Assembly: GCF_004010195.1 (NCBI RefSeq)
Contig: NC_057749.1
Location: 13,638,543 to 13,702,542 of the forward strand
DNA length: 64,000 bases
Reading direction: 5' to 3'
Source: Chiloscyllium plagiosum
Lineage: Eukaryota
The position numbers and the translations under genes are program-made. The stretch's first letter is position 1. Every line of letters begins with the position of its first letter. The notes under the pieces were generated by a model that was not told where the DNA came from, ran no database searches, and was given only the letters and a program-made list of their open reading frames with translations. This document shows, piece after piece, positions 1 to 13,189 of the stretch.

Positions 1-27
1 CAGCATTTGCAGTCATTGTTTTTACCT
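1..27 (+). mobile_element. Truncated 3' tail of a Penelope-derived element (family A)
   Basis: cagcatttgcagtcattgtttttacct matches the tail of the copy at 52910-52936. Confidence 0.6.
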
Positions 28-559
28 CTATAATGCCCTCATAATTGTCTCTTAGTCAGAGCTAGACAATTCACTCCACTCTGTCCTATACTGTAGCCTG
101 ATAAAAAAATTTCCCCTTTTAGTATTTATCCAAATCACTTTAGAAATCTGTCATTGAACAATCTCCACCAGGTTTCCAGGCAGTGCCTTCCAGATTTACC
201 TCAGCCCAGTTCTGCTTCCTTTGATAATGATCTTATATTTGTGAGGCAACTGAAGGATAATTCCCCTATTCTTGCATTCAATGCCCTCACAATAAAACAT
301 GACATGCTATCAGCTGTCACACTATTCCACACCATATACCTCTGAATATTTAGTTCCTTGTAAGCATACCTACGCAGTGGGTCTAACCTCAATTTGTGCT
401 ACTGACTCACTTATTTGTTACAATTACCACTTGCATTCTGATAAAGAGCCATAATTTTGACATTTTCTTTACCATTTTCTCCACCCTTGACCCTATTTAC
501 TCCTGAACTTTTACATTTGTATGTTCTGTTCCTTCCTTTGGATATTGTTATCTAAATAA

Positions 560-1760
560 CTGCACTGTAATGCTGCTATGTCCTCTTGCTTTGTAAGCCT
601 ACATTCCTCCTCTCCCAAATTCTCTCTTTCCACCCTCCCCAAATCATTTAAAGCCCTCTCAACAGCCTTGGTTATTCAACTTGCATGCAATTCTGGTCTC
701 CTTCCTATCGGAAAGATGTTGTGAAACTTGAAAGGGTTTAGAAAAGATTTACAAGGATGTTGCCTTGGATGGGTATATGAATAGGAAGGGTTTGGAGGGA
801 TATGTGCCGTGTGCTGGAAGGTGGGACTAATTTGGGTTGGGATATCTGGTCGGCATGGACGGGTTGAACCCAAGGGTCTGTTTCCATGCTGTACATCTCT
901 ATGACTAGATTGGGTTGGGATATCTGGTCGGCATGGACAGGTTGGACCCAAGGGTCTGTTTCCATGCTGTACCTCTCTATGACTCTATGACATGAGTATA
1001 GTATGGTTCAAGTGTACCATGGGAACAACCCTCTTCTGTACAAGTTCTGGTGCCAATGCCCCAAGAACTGAAACCCATTCCATTCACACCAATATTGAGC
1101 TGCGCATTTAATTCCTTGATTTAATTCAGCCTTTACCAGTTGCTCTGTGGCTCAGGTAATAATCCAGCTATTACCATCTTGGAGGTTCTGCTTCTCAATT
1201 TAACTCCTGATTGTAAAGATTTCAGTAGAACTTCCTTTCTTGTCCTACAAATGTCATTGGTACCAATGTTGATTGTCCTGTCCCTCTCAAGTTTTTCTCA
1301 AACACTGAAGAGATGTCCTTGACCCTGGCACTGGACAGGCAATAGAACCTTTGTGACTCTCATTCACAGCTGCAGAGAACTATTCTTCTAACTATACAGT
1401 GCCTTCAATTGGTACAATCCTATTTTTTTCTCTTCACTTGAATGGTTCTTTGTACCACAGAGCTCATTCTCTCTGTAATCCCAACTCTTGTCTGCAGTTT
1501 GCCAGCAGCATTGTTGCTGGTTTTCATTTCTAATGCATAGGCCTCCCTGATCTCAGATCAACCCTGAATGACCTATTGAGAGGTTTGAGCACCCTACTCT
1601 GCAAAGTGCCCAAGTAACTTTTTGTTTCCCTGATATGGCAATGTCAGCAACTCAGATTCTGGCTCCTTATCTCCTATGAAGTTCCTCAAGATGTAAACAC
1701 TTATTACAGATATGGTCATTCTGGATCACCTTTGTGTCCAGAAGCTTCCACATGCTGTAG
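560..1760 (-). mobile_element. Old degraded CR1-like LINE fragment (probable ORF1 region), interrupted by a younger CR1 piece
   Basis: Recognised only by resemblance to antisense CR1 ORF1 sequence; no intact ORF; boundaries uncertain. Confidence 0.35.
681..988 (+). mobile_element. CR1 (HER1-like) LINE 3' fragment with an internal deletion and a duplicated 3' UTR
   Basis: Colinear with 38456-38538 and then 38849-38980 of the CR1 copy in this window; ends in a (ctatgact)n-like tail. Confidence 0.85.
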
Positions 1761-3429
1761 CAGCAAGATCTCACCTGCCCTACCACCACTATTTTATTGG
1801 TTTAATTTATATATTAGTTACTCAAGACTCCCCTATACTGTACACTTTTCTGCACTGGTTTCTGTTTAAAGAAATCACCAATATGAATTTTATACTTAAG
1901 CAGCAATTTTTACTAAAGAGAAGAAAAATACTGGAAACCTAAACACAAATTGAAGACTTTACTTGTGTCCTGCTGTGGTTTGTGACATCACTCCATCACA
2001 GCAGGTAGGCGTCTCCATCCATGCCTTTTATCCTCTCTCACCCACTTCTCGTTCTGGGCACTTACTTCTTTCAGTAAACTTTAGTTGAAGCTTCTTTCTC
2101 CCTTTGCACTAAATTCCCACTTGTACCAAATTTTCAGTTCACTCATGTCTCACTCAGTTGAAACCTTCACACAGGTCATGCTCCTTGTTTCAATCTAAAA
2201 AGAACAGGCTCAAATGGATTTTGTTCTGTTCATGAACAGTGTTGGGTTACATTAATTTGCCCATTCTGACTGGAATTCTAGCTCATTTGTTAATGTTCTA
2301 ACTTCTGCTTCCATACCTTATGGGAACCTGATTTCTGCTTCCTGTCTGAAGCTAAGATTGGGATCTACCATAGGTAGACTGTGGACACGAACCTGCATCT
2401 TACAGAACCACATGCTACCATGATCCAAAGCTCTGTGCTACAATACTGGAGGGGAATTTGATTTCAGTCCCAGTACAATTACAAGGTGCATTTGGGTGAC
2501 CAATGATCAGGACCTAAGACACACTGGGATTGCAAGTAGGAAAGAGATTGCAACAAGAGTTTCTTGGCAGGGAAAGAATTCACAACCTGGTAATGGCAAA
2601 TGAGAATAATTTTGAATTCTAAATATGACTTGACTATTAAAGGTCCAGACACAGGTTTGAAATGTCTTCCAAAAGCACTGGTAGAGATTTTGAAATACCA
2701 GATCCTGTGACCAAACTTGACCTATTTAGTTCACTATAGACAGTGACACTGATAATGATGTAAAAACATTGCATTATCTGGCAATTATCATTTTGCTGTT
2801 TGCAGTAGCTTACGGAGTGCAACATTAACTGTGTGTCCTATAATCCAACAGTATACATCAGAAAGTACTTTATTAGCTGTAAAGTACTTTGAGACATCTG
2901 GTGGTTGTGAAATGTGGTATATATGTGTAAGTGTAAAATGAGCTGTAAATGTGTATCACATTTTTTTAATTAAGGTGATTATGGTACACGACCAACAACG
3001 AAGAGGTTGCAAATTAAAATTCCACAGGATCAATTCTAGTTGACAGAAAGGAAAATGCTATGAAGGTTGCTGAATGATTGCTCACATTCAACTGGTTCAC
3101 AATACCTTTCAGGGAAGGAACATGCTATCCCTTTTCAGCCTGTGCTACACACAACTAAATCCTTGCCATATAATTTGAAATTCTAACGTTTCTGGAGAAG
3201 CCTTACAAGTCACAAAACTCACCATTTTCTCAATGTTACTCAGAAAACGTAAATAAAACTGCATTGCCAGAGGGTCCCACATCATAATCAAACATACATT
3301 GAGATCAGCAGAGGTTCATCCACATTTAGGCAATAATGCATGCAGAGGCATTGCAGAGGCCATGATGTAGGTAACCATGAGGTTACCTACATCATGCGAA
3401 CAGGCTGTCAGGATTTAGGGCCAAGAAAA

Positions 3430-3858
3430 TATGAAATTTTTTCACTCAAAGTCGTGAACCATTGGAATTTTCTCCCTCAACAGGGTTGTAGATGCTCCAT
3501 CGTTGAATATAATTGAAGGGTGAAGAGACAGATCTTTGGTCTCCCCAAGTAATCAAGAATCATGTGAACTGAGTAGGAAAGTGGACTTGCAGCCCAAGAT
3601 CAACCATGATTGCAATAAATGGTGAAACAGGTCTAATGGGTAGATGCTGGATAAAGCACAGTAGGTCATGCAGCATCCAAGGAGCAGGAAGGTGAAGAAC
3701 TTGTGCTTGAAACGTCAACTCTCCTGTTCCTTAGGTGATGCCTGACCTGCTATGCTTTTCCAGCGCCACACTCTGACTCTGATCTCCAGCATCAGCAGTC
3801 CTCATTTTCTTCTAATGGGTGGATGGTCTACTCCTGCTCCTATTTCTTATGTTCTTAA
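3430..3858 (+). mobile_element. Old CR1/L2-type LINE 3' fragment interrupted by a PLE hairpin
   Basis: Degenerate FFTQRVV..WN.LP-type end of ORF2 and a ctcctgctcctatttcttatgttctta tail. Confidence 0.55.
3642..3810 (+). mobile_element. Penelope-derived hairpin insertion (family A)
   Basis: Inverted arms (gctgga..aagcacagtaggtcatgcagcatccaaggagcagga / ctcctgttccttaggtgatgcctgacctgctatgcttttccagc) plus an unpaired tail. Flanked by the direct repeat tctaatgggt (3632-3641, 3811-3820). Confidence 0.8.
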
Positions 3859-4453
3859 GCTTTCCCCCAGCAAATAACCAATACTTCACATGAATGCAGA
3901 TGAAAATAAATAATTTTATTGTGTCATCAGTGTATCTAAGGCACTGATACACTGCTAATAAATAAAATTAATTGACACATTCCACAGGGGACTGCTGGAT
4001 CATTCTAAACAACAAGAACCAAATGGATTATTCTACACACACATACATTAGAAAGCATCACATTAAAAAATTGTCAAAAAGTGATTACAATGAAAATCGT
4101 ATGTACAACAGGTACTATATACAATTTGTGCAAATCAAATATAAGAACATTCTAGAACATAATGTCAATGAATGAATTACAAGACTAATTTATAAATCAA
4201 GTAATGTTTTGAGGGGTTGGGTATTTTTCACCCTTTCCCAAATCTGTTTTATTCTTAGCAAATTGTGTCTTTATTTAAAAAAAATTTCCGGGCATCCTCC
4301 CACATCTCCCTGGGGAACCTGTTGGAGAAATCAAGGTAGTCTTGAGCTCCAGGAATTCTCTCTGAAATGAGGACAACAATAAATTGTTAAATAGAACACT
4401 TATGCTGCTGTTGTTTACGACAAATGTACAAAGAGCAATCCTGAAATACGTAC

Positions 4454-4505
4454 CTTTCTGTTGAGAAGTCTTATTGTCAGACTGACTCAAACTCAGCGCA
4501 AAATC
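4454..4505 (-). CDS. SCAPER: SCAPER short, probably penultimate, coding exon, 52 bp
   Basis: cttctctttaattttag|GAT TTT GCG CTG AGT TTG AGT CAG TCT GAC AAT AAG ACT TCT CAA CAG AAA G|gtacgt. Peptide DFALSLSQSDNKTSQQK(G) aligns without gaps to recalled human DLAQTPGQAENQPYQPKG and continues the frame of the 192-bp exon. Confidence 0.85.
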
Positions 4506-4819
4506 CTAAAATTAAAGAGAAGCATACATTGTCATTTGATCAATTTAATGCTTCTGTATGAATTCTTTATTATTCAATCTGGTTCTAAAGTTCCCCTTAG
4601 TATGTGTTGGCTACCCATGGATCAGACCTCCTATGTGATGAAGTAGCACAGTGTTTTAGATTGAGAGATATTATGCATTGCTACACATTCTAGAAGAATG
4701 TAGTTTAATGTAACAAGATTTTGTTATAGATCATTGTTGTCAAAGAAGTGTCACCTATTGTTCTTGATCAACATCTCAGTGGTAACAGTGTAAATTGTTT
4801 ATCTAGATCAATGTGCCTT

Positions 4820-5260
4820 GTATCTTTGGATGAAGGTGTCATTGGAAGGGAAGTTGCTGGAGTGAACAAGGACATCACAAAGATTATGGTCCCTTTAAAT
4901 GCTGAATGAAGAGGGGAAGATAAGTTTGGTGGATTCATGTTACAGGTGACTGAAATGACAGAGAATGAATGATGTGTTGAACATGGAGGCTGATGAAGTT
5001 GGAGGTGAGGATAAAAGGAACTCTATTACATTCTGGGAACGAAGGGAAGGAGTGAGAGCTGAAGTACACTACATGATCAAGCACTCTCTCAACAATGGGG
5101 GTGTTTCATTTGAGTCAAAACAAAGACATATCAGAAGTATCCATATAAAGGTTGGCATCGTCAGAATATTTGAAGACACAGAAGCTATGGAGGTCGAAAA
5201 GGCCATTCCAAGAAGTAGGGTGGGATACTGCAAATTTAAGGTAACTGTGGGTTTGTAGCT
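4820..5260 (-). mobile_element. Old degraded Penelope-like element fragment
   Basis: Colinear, degenerate similarity to 21780-22220 of the PLE in this window. Confidence 0.45.
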
Positions 5261-6389
5261 GAATTTAGCTGGAATTGTGCATTATCTAACTTGCCTAACA
5301 ACTTTCTTACACATTGAACATTCAGAGATTTGCAGTCCATTGTCTATGACTAAGATTGCGATTTTAATCCATGATGATTTCTGTCCTTGGGTACACATGG
5401 AATTGACCATTATCCAGCATGTTTCTCAATTTGAGGGGCATAAAACATTTTAAACATTTGAATTAAGCTGAAAAATATGAAAAGTTCAAATTAAATGTTT
5501 TGTTTTAACGACAATGCCCATTGTTTTGATTATAACGTGATGCCGGACGTATTCTCACTGCAGTTGATGTTCCCATTGCTACTTTTCTGTCTTTTCATGT
5601 CATTCAGTGGTATGTGTGAGATTCATGTCTGTACTAGTCCTACAGAAGTTTGGTATATAATACTTGTCGTGGCATTGGAACTATGCAGTTACCATGATTG
5701 GCACAAAGTTACATTTCTGATGCTACATCCCTCTTTGCCCAACCCAAACTTTACGTACACGGCTTTCATAGCATTCAAATTACAGGTTATATTTTAATGC
5801 TATGAAATAGTCAGGTGGACAGCTGGCTTTTTGCTTACATTAACAATGTTCTAAAATTATTAATCTTCTCTTTGAAAGAGATGAAGTTATATAGCAGCTG
5901 GTGAAAAACCCAACACTCCACCTTCTGAGCATTTTCCCTCTGCTTGCCACTTAGGTGTAGGTAGCACTGCAATCAACTTATGCCACACACTTTGCCTCAA
6001 TGCAAAGGGTTTTACCAATGAAAGATTTGCCACGTCAAGTGACTGTAAAACCATGTTAGTGAATCAGGAACAAAACTGCAGATGTAGACTTCCGTCTGAA
6101 GGTCCACTATCCAAACTGTTGCTGAACTCAGCCTTGCTAAGTCACTCATTGAGTGACACTTTAATACTGGCTCAAGTTTAGAAACGTCAATGCACTGAGT
6201 GCAGGTACCCTCTCTGCCTTTAGTGAGTGATTAATGTCAGCAGCGCACAAACTCACAAATGAGACAAAGGGGAAAGGAATTTTCTTTTCTCTTTCCTACC
6301 TACCCTTTCAACTCCATCCTTCTCAGCATTCAAATTGTCCTTTCAATGAAATAGTAAATTACTTGCAGTTCTATTAATTCATTGATCTT

Positions 6390-6958
6390 CATTCACTGCT
6401 CATGATTCAGTCTGCACTACCTCAGGAAGGGAGTAAATGCATATTGGGTGACTGCTTTGCAAAACATCTCTGTTCGGTCTACAAGTCTGACCGTGAGGAT
6501 CAAGCGGTCTGTCATTTCAATAACTTGCCCCATTCTGACCCTTGTGTTGTCAGTCCTTCTACATTGTTGACTGAAGCTCAATGAAAGGCCCTTATCATTT
6601 CTTTGTAGTTTTTCAGACTCAATGCAGAGTTCAATGTTTTCAGATCATAGCCTCTGCTGCCATTTTGTTGGTTGGCAGTTTTTTAAATAATACTGCGATT
6701 GCCAATTACGTCTCCTCTACACCCATCTGCTGTTTCTTCACTTGTTTCATTACCATCTTCTTTTGCCTTACACCATCACCCCACTTATCTCTCCTAATTT
6801 CACCCTATTGCACACCTTGTGATTCGTTTCCATCCCATCTCTGTACTTGGTTAAAGCCTGTTACATCATCAAACTTTCTAATGAAAAGTTACCGAATGAC
6901 TTGAAAAGTTAACTGTTTCTCTCTCCACTGACGCTGACTGCCATGCTAAGTATTTCCA
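6390..6958 (+). mobile_element. Old Penelope-like element 3' fragment (GIY-YIG remnant and tail)
   Basis: Peptide remnant SKCILGDCFAKHLCSV..CHFN resembles the PLE endonuclease (ETKRRLGDRFAEHL); degenerate 3' tail at 6880-6958. Confidence 0.55.
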
Positions 6959-7194
6959 AAGTTAAAAATCACACAACACCAGGTTATCGTCCAATAGGTT
7001 TATATGAAAGCACTAGCTTTCTATGCACTTCATCAGGTGGTTGTGGAGTATAATCTTATACTCCACAACTACTTGATGCAGGAGCAACACTCTGATAGCT
7101 AGAGCTTCCAATTAAACCTGCTGAACTATAACCTGGTGTTGTGTGATTTTTGACTCTGTACATCCCAGTCCAATACTGGCAGCTCTAAATCATG
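6959..7194 (+). mobile_element. Penelope-derived hairpin insertion (family B)
   Basis: About 90-bp inverted arms centred on ggttgtggagtataa/ttatactccacaact, plus an unpaired tail. Direct repeat agtatttcca at 6949-6958 and 7195-7204. Confidence 0.85.
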
Positions 7195-7734
7195 AGTATT
7201 TCCAGTATCTTTTGTACAAACATAGATTTCATCTATAATGACTGATGGTTTACAATATTATATCCCCTGATTTTACCTGGTCATCCAATTCAGACCTCAC
7301 ATTCTCACAGCCAAAGGCATTTCCAGGGCGAACAAACTGAAACCTGCCTCTACCAAGTTCTTGCTTTTAAGTCCAAATTACTGCACCAATCCAAGGTGAA
7401 GCAGTCACTCCCTCTTTCTTCAAGCTTTCTCACAGGGATATATAGTACCTCTATCCTAAGATAAAAACCATTAGCTCCCTAAGTGTAAACAGACATACGG
7501 CTGTGAAGCATCCTTGACATACCTATTAGCAAATACCACAGCGAATACAGAATGACATAGTACATGAAAACAGGTGGATTATTATGTAATGTTTACTTTT
7601 GTTTATAATTTTAGTTCATTGGTGTCTCCTTTACCTTTTTGAGCTCTACCATTCAGTGTAGTTTCTGATGATCTGCGCAAAGGATATTTGTGCTGATAGA
7701 CTGAACACTTTCAAAGCAGATTGCCCTCAATTTT

Positions 7735-8070
7735 TCTGTTATTGGTGTCACTGGCAAAGTCAGCAATTGTTGTCCATCCCTAGTTGCCTTTGAATTGATC
7801 GGATCTTTAGACAATTTCAGAATAAAGCGAAGATTCAACCTCAGTCACTTGTAAGTCAGAGCAGGTTAGAATGCCAGATTTCCTACCCTAAAAGGACATT
7901 ACTGATTCAGATGGATTTTTACAACACCTGACAACCATTACAAATTCACAATTAAACTAGCTTTTTAATTACAGATTTTACTGAATTAAAAATTTCACCA
8001 GTCGTCATGGTGGAATTTGAACTCATGCCCCTACAGCATTAGTTTGTGTCTCCAGATTATAACCACTACC
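7735..8070 (-). mobile_element. Degraded tRNA-derived SINE
   Basis: Antisense similarity to the SINE head at 47085-47200 (catggtggaatttgaactc) and to the copy at 49060-49380. Confidence 0.45.
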
Positions 8071-8341
8071 TCCCCCATCAAGCAAGGACTGATTTAATGC
8101 AGATTACACCCCACCCTACCTTGTAATTATATTGTTGATCCTTCAATGTTGCTTGGTTAGAATTCTGGAACTCTCTTTTCAACAGCACTATGGATAGACT
8201 ACAGTGGTTCAAAAAGATAGCTCATCATCATGTGTTCAAAGGCAATTAGTGATGAGCAATAAATACTGGCCTTGTCAGCAACACTGACATCTCAAGAGTA
8301 AGGAAGAACTGAGCATTGCTGGATCATGCATGCATATTTAC

Positions 8342-8533
8342 CTGGATAAAAGTAGCTAACAGAATGCAGCTCATCTCCTGCTCCAAGATGACTTTGTTCT
8401 GTGGGTTGTTGTAACAAGCTGTTATCAGTGTTGGAAACAGGACTTTGATCAATCGTTGATCACTAAAGTACTGAAAAGGCAGTTGGCAGAGTTTCTGAAG
8501 AACTGTGGGGTGGCGGCCAGATTGCACTGTTAA
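8342..8533 (-). CDS. SCAPER: SCAPER internal coding exon, 192 bp
   Basis: tttttgctttcttag|TTA ACA GTG CAA...ATC CAG|gtaaat. Peptide LTVQSGRHPTVLQKLCQLPFQYFSDQRLIKVLFPTLITACYNNPQNKVILEQEMSCILLATFIQ, nearly identical to recalled vertebrate SCAPER. Confidence 0.96.
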
Positions 8534-10189
8534 CTAAGAAAGCAAAAACAATATAACGTTTACAAAGATGTGGCAAAACCCAGTAAAATAAGCCTACTAT
8601 AAAAAGTCTAAATTATGTTGAAAAAAAACTGTTGTATCTCAATTTTCCTCATTAGTGTCTGTGTACTGTTTTGTATACGTCTATAATGTAAACATGTCAC
8701 ATTGTAATTACACCCTCCCACCAGTGGTGTTGCTGGAGCACCTCCGTTTTCCTTCTCTCAGCCCCTTAGCCTGTACCAAGAGAAACTCTCCTGTCCCAAC
8801 CAACATGTTTCTCAGATATCTGTCTACTTTTACATCTACTTTTTGATAACAAATATCAATGAGATCAAAGTTTTATTCAGGAATAAGGAAATAATACATG
8901 TCTTTAAAATAAGGGTTTAATTATGTCTGCAGGCCCCTGGTCTAATTATCCCCTGCTGCACTTCACATGAAGATTACACTGCCAACATCGACCACAAGGG
9001 ATTAAGTGTTGAGAAAAAAGGAAGCAAATACAAACAAGATAAAAACAAAAATGATGAAAGCACACAAGGCCCTCTTACACCTGAAGGAGAAAGTAGGTTA
9101 ATGTTTCAGGTAGGAACTTTCATCAACCTATCATCTGCTTTCAAATGCAATTTGCCCACTCTTGTTTTTCCAATAGCTTCATTTTCATTCCAGATTTGCA
9201 GTCTTCCTCTCTACCTTCAGCTTAATTGGCTGTATGAAGCCACAGATTCAAATGTTCAGTATGTAAAATTTAACAAATTCAGCTAAAAGTGGGTGCGCAG
9301 CCGTGGGATACCATTGAGCACTGCATCAAGGAAAACAAATATGCGAGACAACACAGACGTCAACAGTAGAGAAGAAATGGTTACTTCCAAACAATGTTTT
9401 ACTGTAGGAAAGTCACATACGATGTGGCAGATGCAACAGTTCTGCAAAGTCCTATTCTGCATTATAAACACCCTGAAGGAGTCCTGGGTTATGACTGCAT
9501 TTTTAGAAATAAATCTGCTAGCCATTACAAAAGTAAGAATTTAATTAGGAAAGTCCAGAATCTGTGGCCTATTGCATTTGTCAGTCAGCTGCTGAACTCA
9601 GCCATGATGCTAAACATGGTTAAATATCAGAGAGGGGCACTTATATTGTGAGCATTTAATGTCCATCACTAACTACCCTTGAGGAAGTGATGGTGAATTT
9701 TTTGATACTTAGTGTTTTGCTAAGCTATTTTGAATGGCACAAAGAATCAATGAAATTGCCATGGGTCTGGACTCACGTTCAGGTCAAACCGGATTAATAG
9801 CAGAAATCCTCTCCTAAAACCCGAGGTGGGGTCAAAGTTTTTCTTAACAACAACAATCTAGTACTTTCACAGTCACCACCTCAAGCACAATTAGGAATAG
9901 GCAACAAATGCTGGCCAAGTCGGTGTCATCCATAATTTAAAATAAAACATAGTGCTACTAATTTTATTCTAGATAATTTATTCTTCTATGTGGTGAATTT
10001 ATTGCTAGCAAGGCCAACCTTAATTGTCCATGAGCAAAGAGGTTTATAAGCTATTTCAGACAGCAACTGAGAGGCAATCACTTTGCTGTGGTGATCTGGA
10101 GTCATATAACCTAAAAGACATGAGTGGTCCAGATGGGTTTTAAGATAATAGAGGGTAGTTTAATGATCATTTAGTTGATAACAGTAAGG

Positions 10190-10725
10190 ATGTTACATTT
10201 CAGTTATACTGGGCATTGGTGAAACCATTTCTTGAATGCACTGAAAATTTTGGTCTCCTTATTTAAGTAAGGATGTAAAACCATTGGATGTGGTTCAGAG
10301 GAGTTTCTAGATTGATAACTGGAATGGGTGGTTGTTTTGAGGGAAGGTTGGGCAGACTGGTTTTATTTTCACTGGAATTTAGAACGATGAACAGTGATTT
10401 GATTGAAGGATGTATGATCCTGAACAGTCTTTACAAGGTGAATGTGACACAGATGTTTCCTCTTGTGGGGGTACCTAGGACAGAGGGGCATTGTTAGGAA
10501 ACTAGGTGTCATTATTTATGAACAGAGATGAGGAGAGGTTGAGAGACTTTGGAACTCAGAAGGCATTGGAGGCAAGGTCACTGAATATTTTCAAGGCAGA
10601 GGTGGATAGATTCTTGCTAGTCAGGAAATCAAACATTATTGGGAGTAGATGGAAACGTGGAACTTGTACCACAAACAGATCGGTCATGATCTTATTAAAT
10701 GGCAGTGCAGACTTAAGAGGCCAAA
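10190..10725 (+). mobile_element. Old CR1/L2-type LINE 3' fragment
   Basis: ORF remnants LGRLVLFSLEFR and EARSLNIFKAEVDRFL are typical of a CR1-group ORF2 C-terminus. Confidence 0.7.
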
Positions 10726-11948
10726 TGTCAGCATTACTGAAACTAGCTTTCAATTTCAGATTTAATTTAAACTATATCAGCTGACATGCTGGGATTTGAA
10801 CCTGTTTCCCTCGAGTGTTGCCTCAGACCTCCAGAGTGCTAGTCCAGTAAAAGTAGAACTCTGTCACTATCTTAATTTCATGCAGTGTATTTACATTGCC
10901 CTGCCATGATGAGACTCAAATTCACATCTCTGGATTATTAATCCACAACTCCAGATTACTAGACGAGTAATATAGCCACTATACCAAATTAATAGTCATT
11001 AATCTCCTCTTAAATCAATTGAGATATTTTTGTAGTCACTTGTACAATGAAGGAATTACAACAGCTTACTTTCACACAGCAAACTCCCACAAACTGTAAT
11101 GTGATAAGAACCAGATAATTTTTTTTTAAGAAAGATGATATCGGCTGAAGGATAAATATTAATTCAGGTCGAAGTCATATACAGTCAACATCTTTTCAAT
11201 TTTGCCTCCGAGACAATGACCTGTGCTGCACTGGAGCAGTTCACCGTTGCTTCATCCAAATTGTCACCAAGGTCAATGAGTGAGTTTTTCTAATCGTGGT
11301 GAGGGTCGTCAGACAGCAGTCAGGATTAGGAATCTTGGCTGATTCTCCCCATTCTGTGTCCAGGTACCTGAACCACAAGTGATGATTCAGCAGTTGACGA
11401 CTGAAAAGCAGCCAACTCCCTGTACTGGGCAAACATGTTTAGTACTGGGGCTCAGCACCATAGAAAAGCACTAAACTGGAACCTTTCAAAACCGACTGTC
11501 AACTTCCTGCAAAGTATATTATGTGGTTGTGCTAATATTAAATTCCATCAAATCAGAGAGAAAAAGAACAAAGTGGTCATAGTTCTTAACACCTATTACA
11601 ATCTAAAATTTATAAGAAATTTTGCAAACTGTCTATTTCCACTGGCATTTCATTACGACTTCAGATAAATGAACATTTAGAAGAAAAAAAACAATCGTCA
11701 CTTAAGATGTCCAGACTATTAGAATCCTCCAATACAACCTATACTTCCCCACCCCCAACCTTTTAACAGCCAAGTTGACCAAACCTAATGACGCATGAAC
11801 AGATTTGGTCTCCGAAGGCACAGATGTACACAATCAATTCCACTCTCCTCATTCCAGAATGCAGCATCAGTTTCCTGCATGAAAAATGTAGTGATTCCCT
11901 GAATCTACAATTTGCAGAGATTTTCAAACATTATACATTAACAAAAAC

Positions 11949-12001
11949 TGTGTGTGTGTGTGTGTATGTATGTATGTGTGTTGGCGGGGGAGGGGGGGGG
12001 G
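11949..12001. repeat. (TG)n/(TATG)n microsatellite followed by a poly-G run
   Basis: Directly visible. Confidence 0.9.
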
Positions 12002-13189
12002 ATGGAAAAGAAGGCCTGAAGACGCTTTTAAAAAATTCTACTGATGTGTCGCCATTCGTTTTCCTTATCAGTGCTCTCATCAGTTTAGTCGAGTCCAAGA
12101 GTAAGACTGTTTAGACTAATGGGACTTGTCATAAAGCAGGCCAAGTTTACAGAGAGACTTGCGCACATTAAGAAATGAAGCAATACCACTAATGGAACCT
12201 TGCTGTGCCCACATCCTGTTAGCTCCACAGAACCTTTTCAATCAAGTCATTAAATTCAACTAACTGATATTAAAATCAAATCACTCCCAGGTTAGCTTGA
12301 TTACCAACGAACAATAAGGAAACATAAATTCCCTCACAACTGTCTTTCTTCAGCCTGGGAGGTAGGCCAGGGTAGGCCTCAAGGAGCTGTAAAACTGCAG
12401 CTCAGGATTGTAAATTGTGGATTGGCAAAACACAAAATTTCCAGGCACAAGCACTCATGTTGACTCGCACCCAAATTAAAGCCAGAGGTGCTGGATAAAA
12501 CAGAGGAGCCTGCAACAACATAAATTGCAGGGTTTTACAAGATTTCTTTCAAAGGGTTTTTTTAACAACTGCTGTGGAATATATGGCCCCATTGATGATG
12601 TACTTGAGTTGTAAGAATGCAAGTAAACAAATCCAAGTTTTAGGCACGAGGACGAGAGACCTGCTGCCAAGGGCTGTGATGTATTACTAGCAACAATACG
12701 TAATACACAATTTAACATTACATGCTGAACAAGGCATCAAAGTCGAAGTAATTTACTCTTGAAAGTGACAAGGAACAAACTGACAAATTCTGGAAATCTG
12801 AAATATGTACAGAAAATAACATGGATGAAAAATAAATCAGGCAGGTTCACTGTTCTTGATCATTATCCAGTGATGTGTTTTGAAAAACATGGTTGTGTGG
12901 AAACTGGATGAGGCAGGATCAAGTTCTCAACTGTAATGCTGTCTAAGTCAACCAAAATTCACTGACTCTGTTTAGAAGTGAAGATATAGGTGAAGTCCCT
13001 GGAGCATGTGGCAGTCACCTTTAGCTTCAGAGGAGAAAAATCAGCATTTGAAGAGAAAGAGGAAAGATGGTTTCAGCAGGGTTCTTTTCCTGCTGGTTGA
13101 AATGCTAACCTGAAACATGAGCCAAGGTTATCTAATCACACTCATACATCCTCACACATCTTTCTCTATCTATTTCCATCTCTATTTGC

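Noticed and set aside
2500..2691. Possible SCAPER terminal exon (aaatag|GT CAA GTT TGG TCA CAG GAT..., reading GQVWSQDL...)
   Set aside because: The phase fits and SQD is shared, but there is no polypyrimidine tract and no ELANRFP..W..A..FF motif. The true last exon is probably beyond the left edge.
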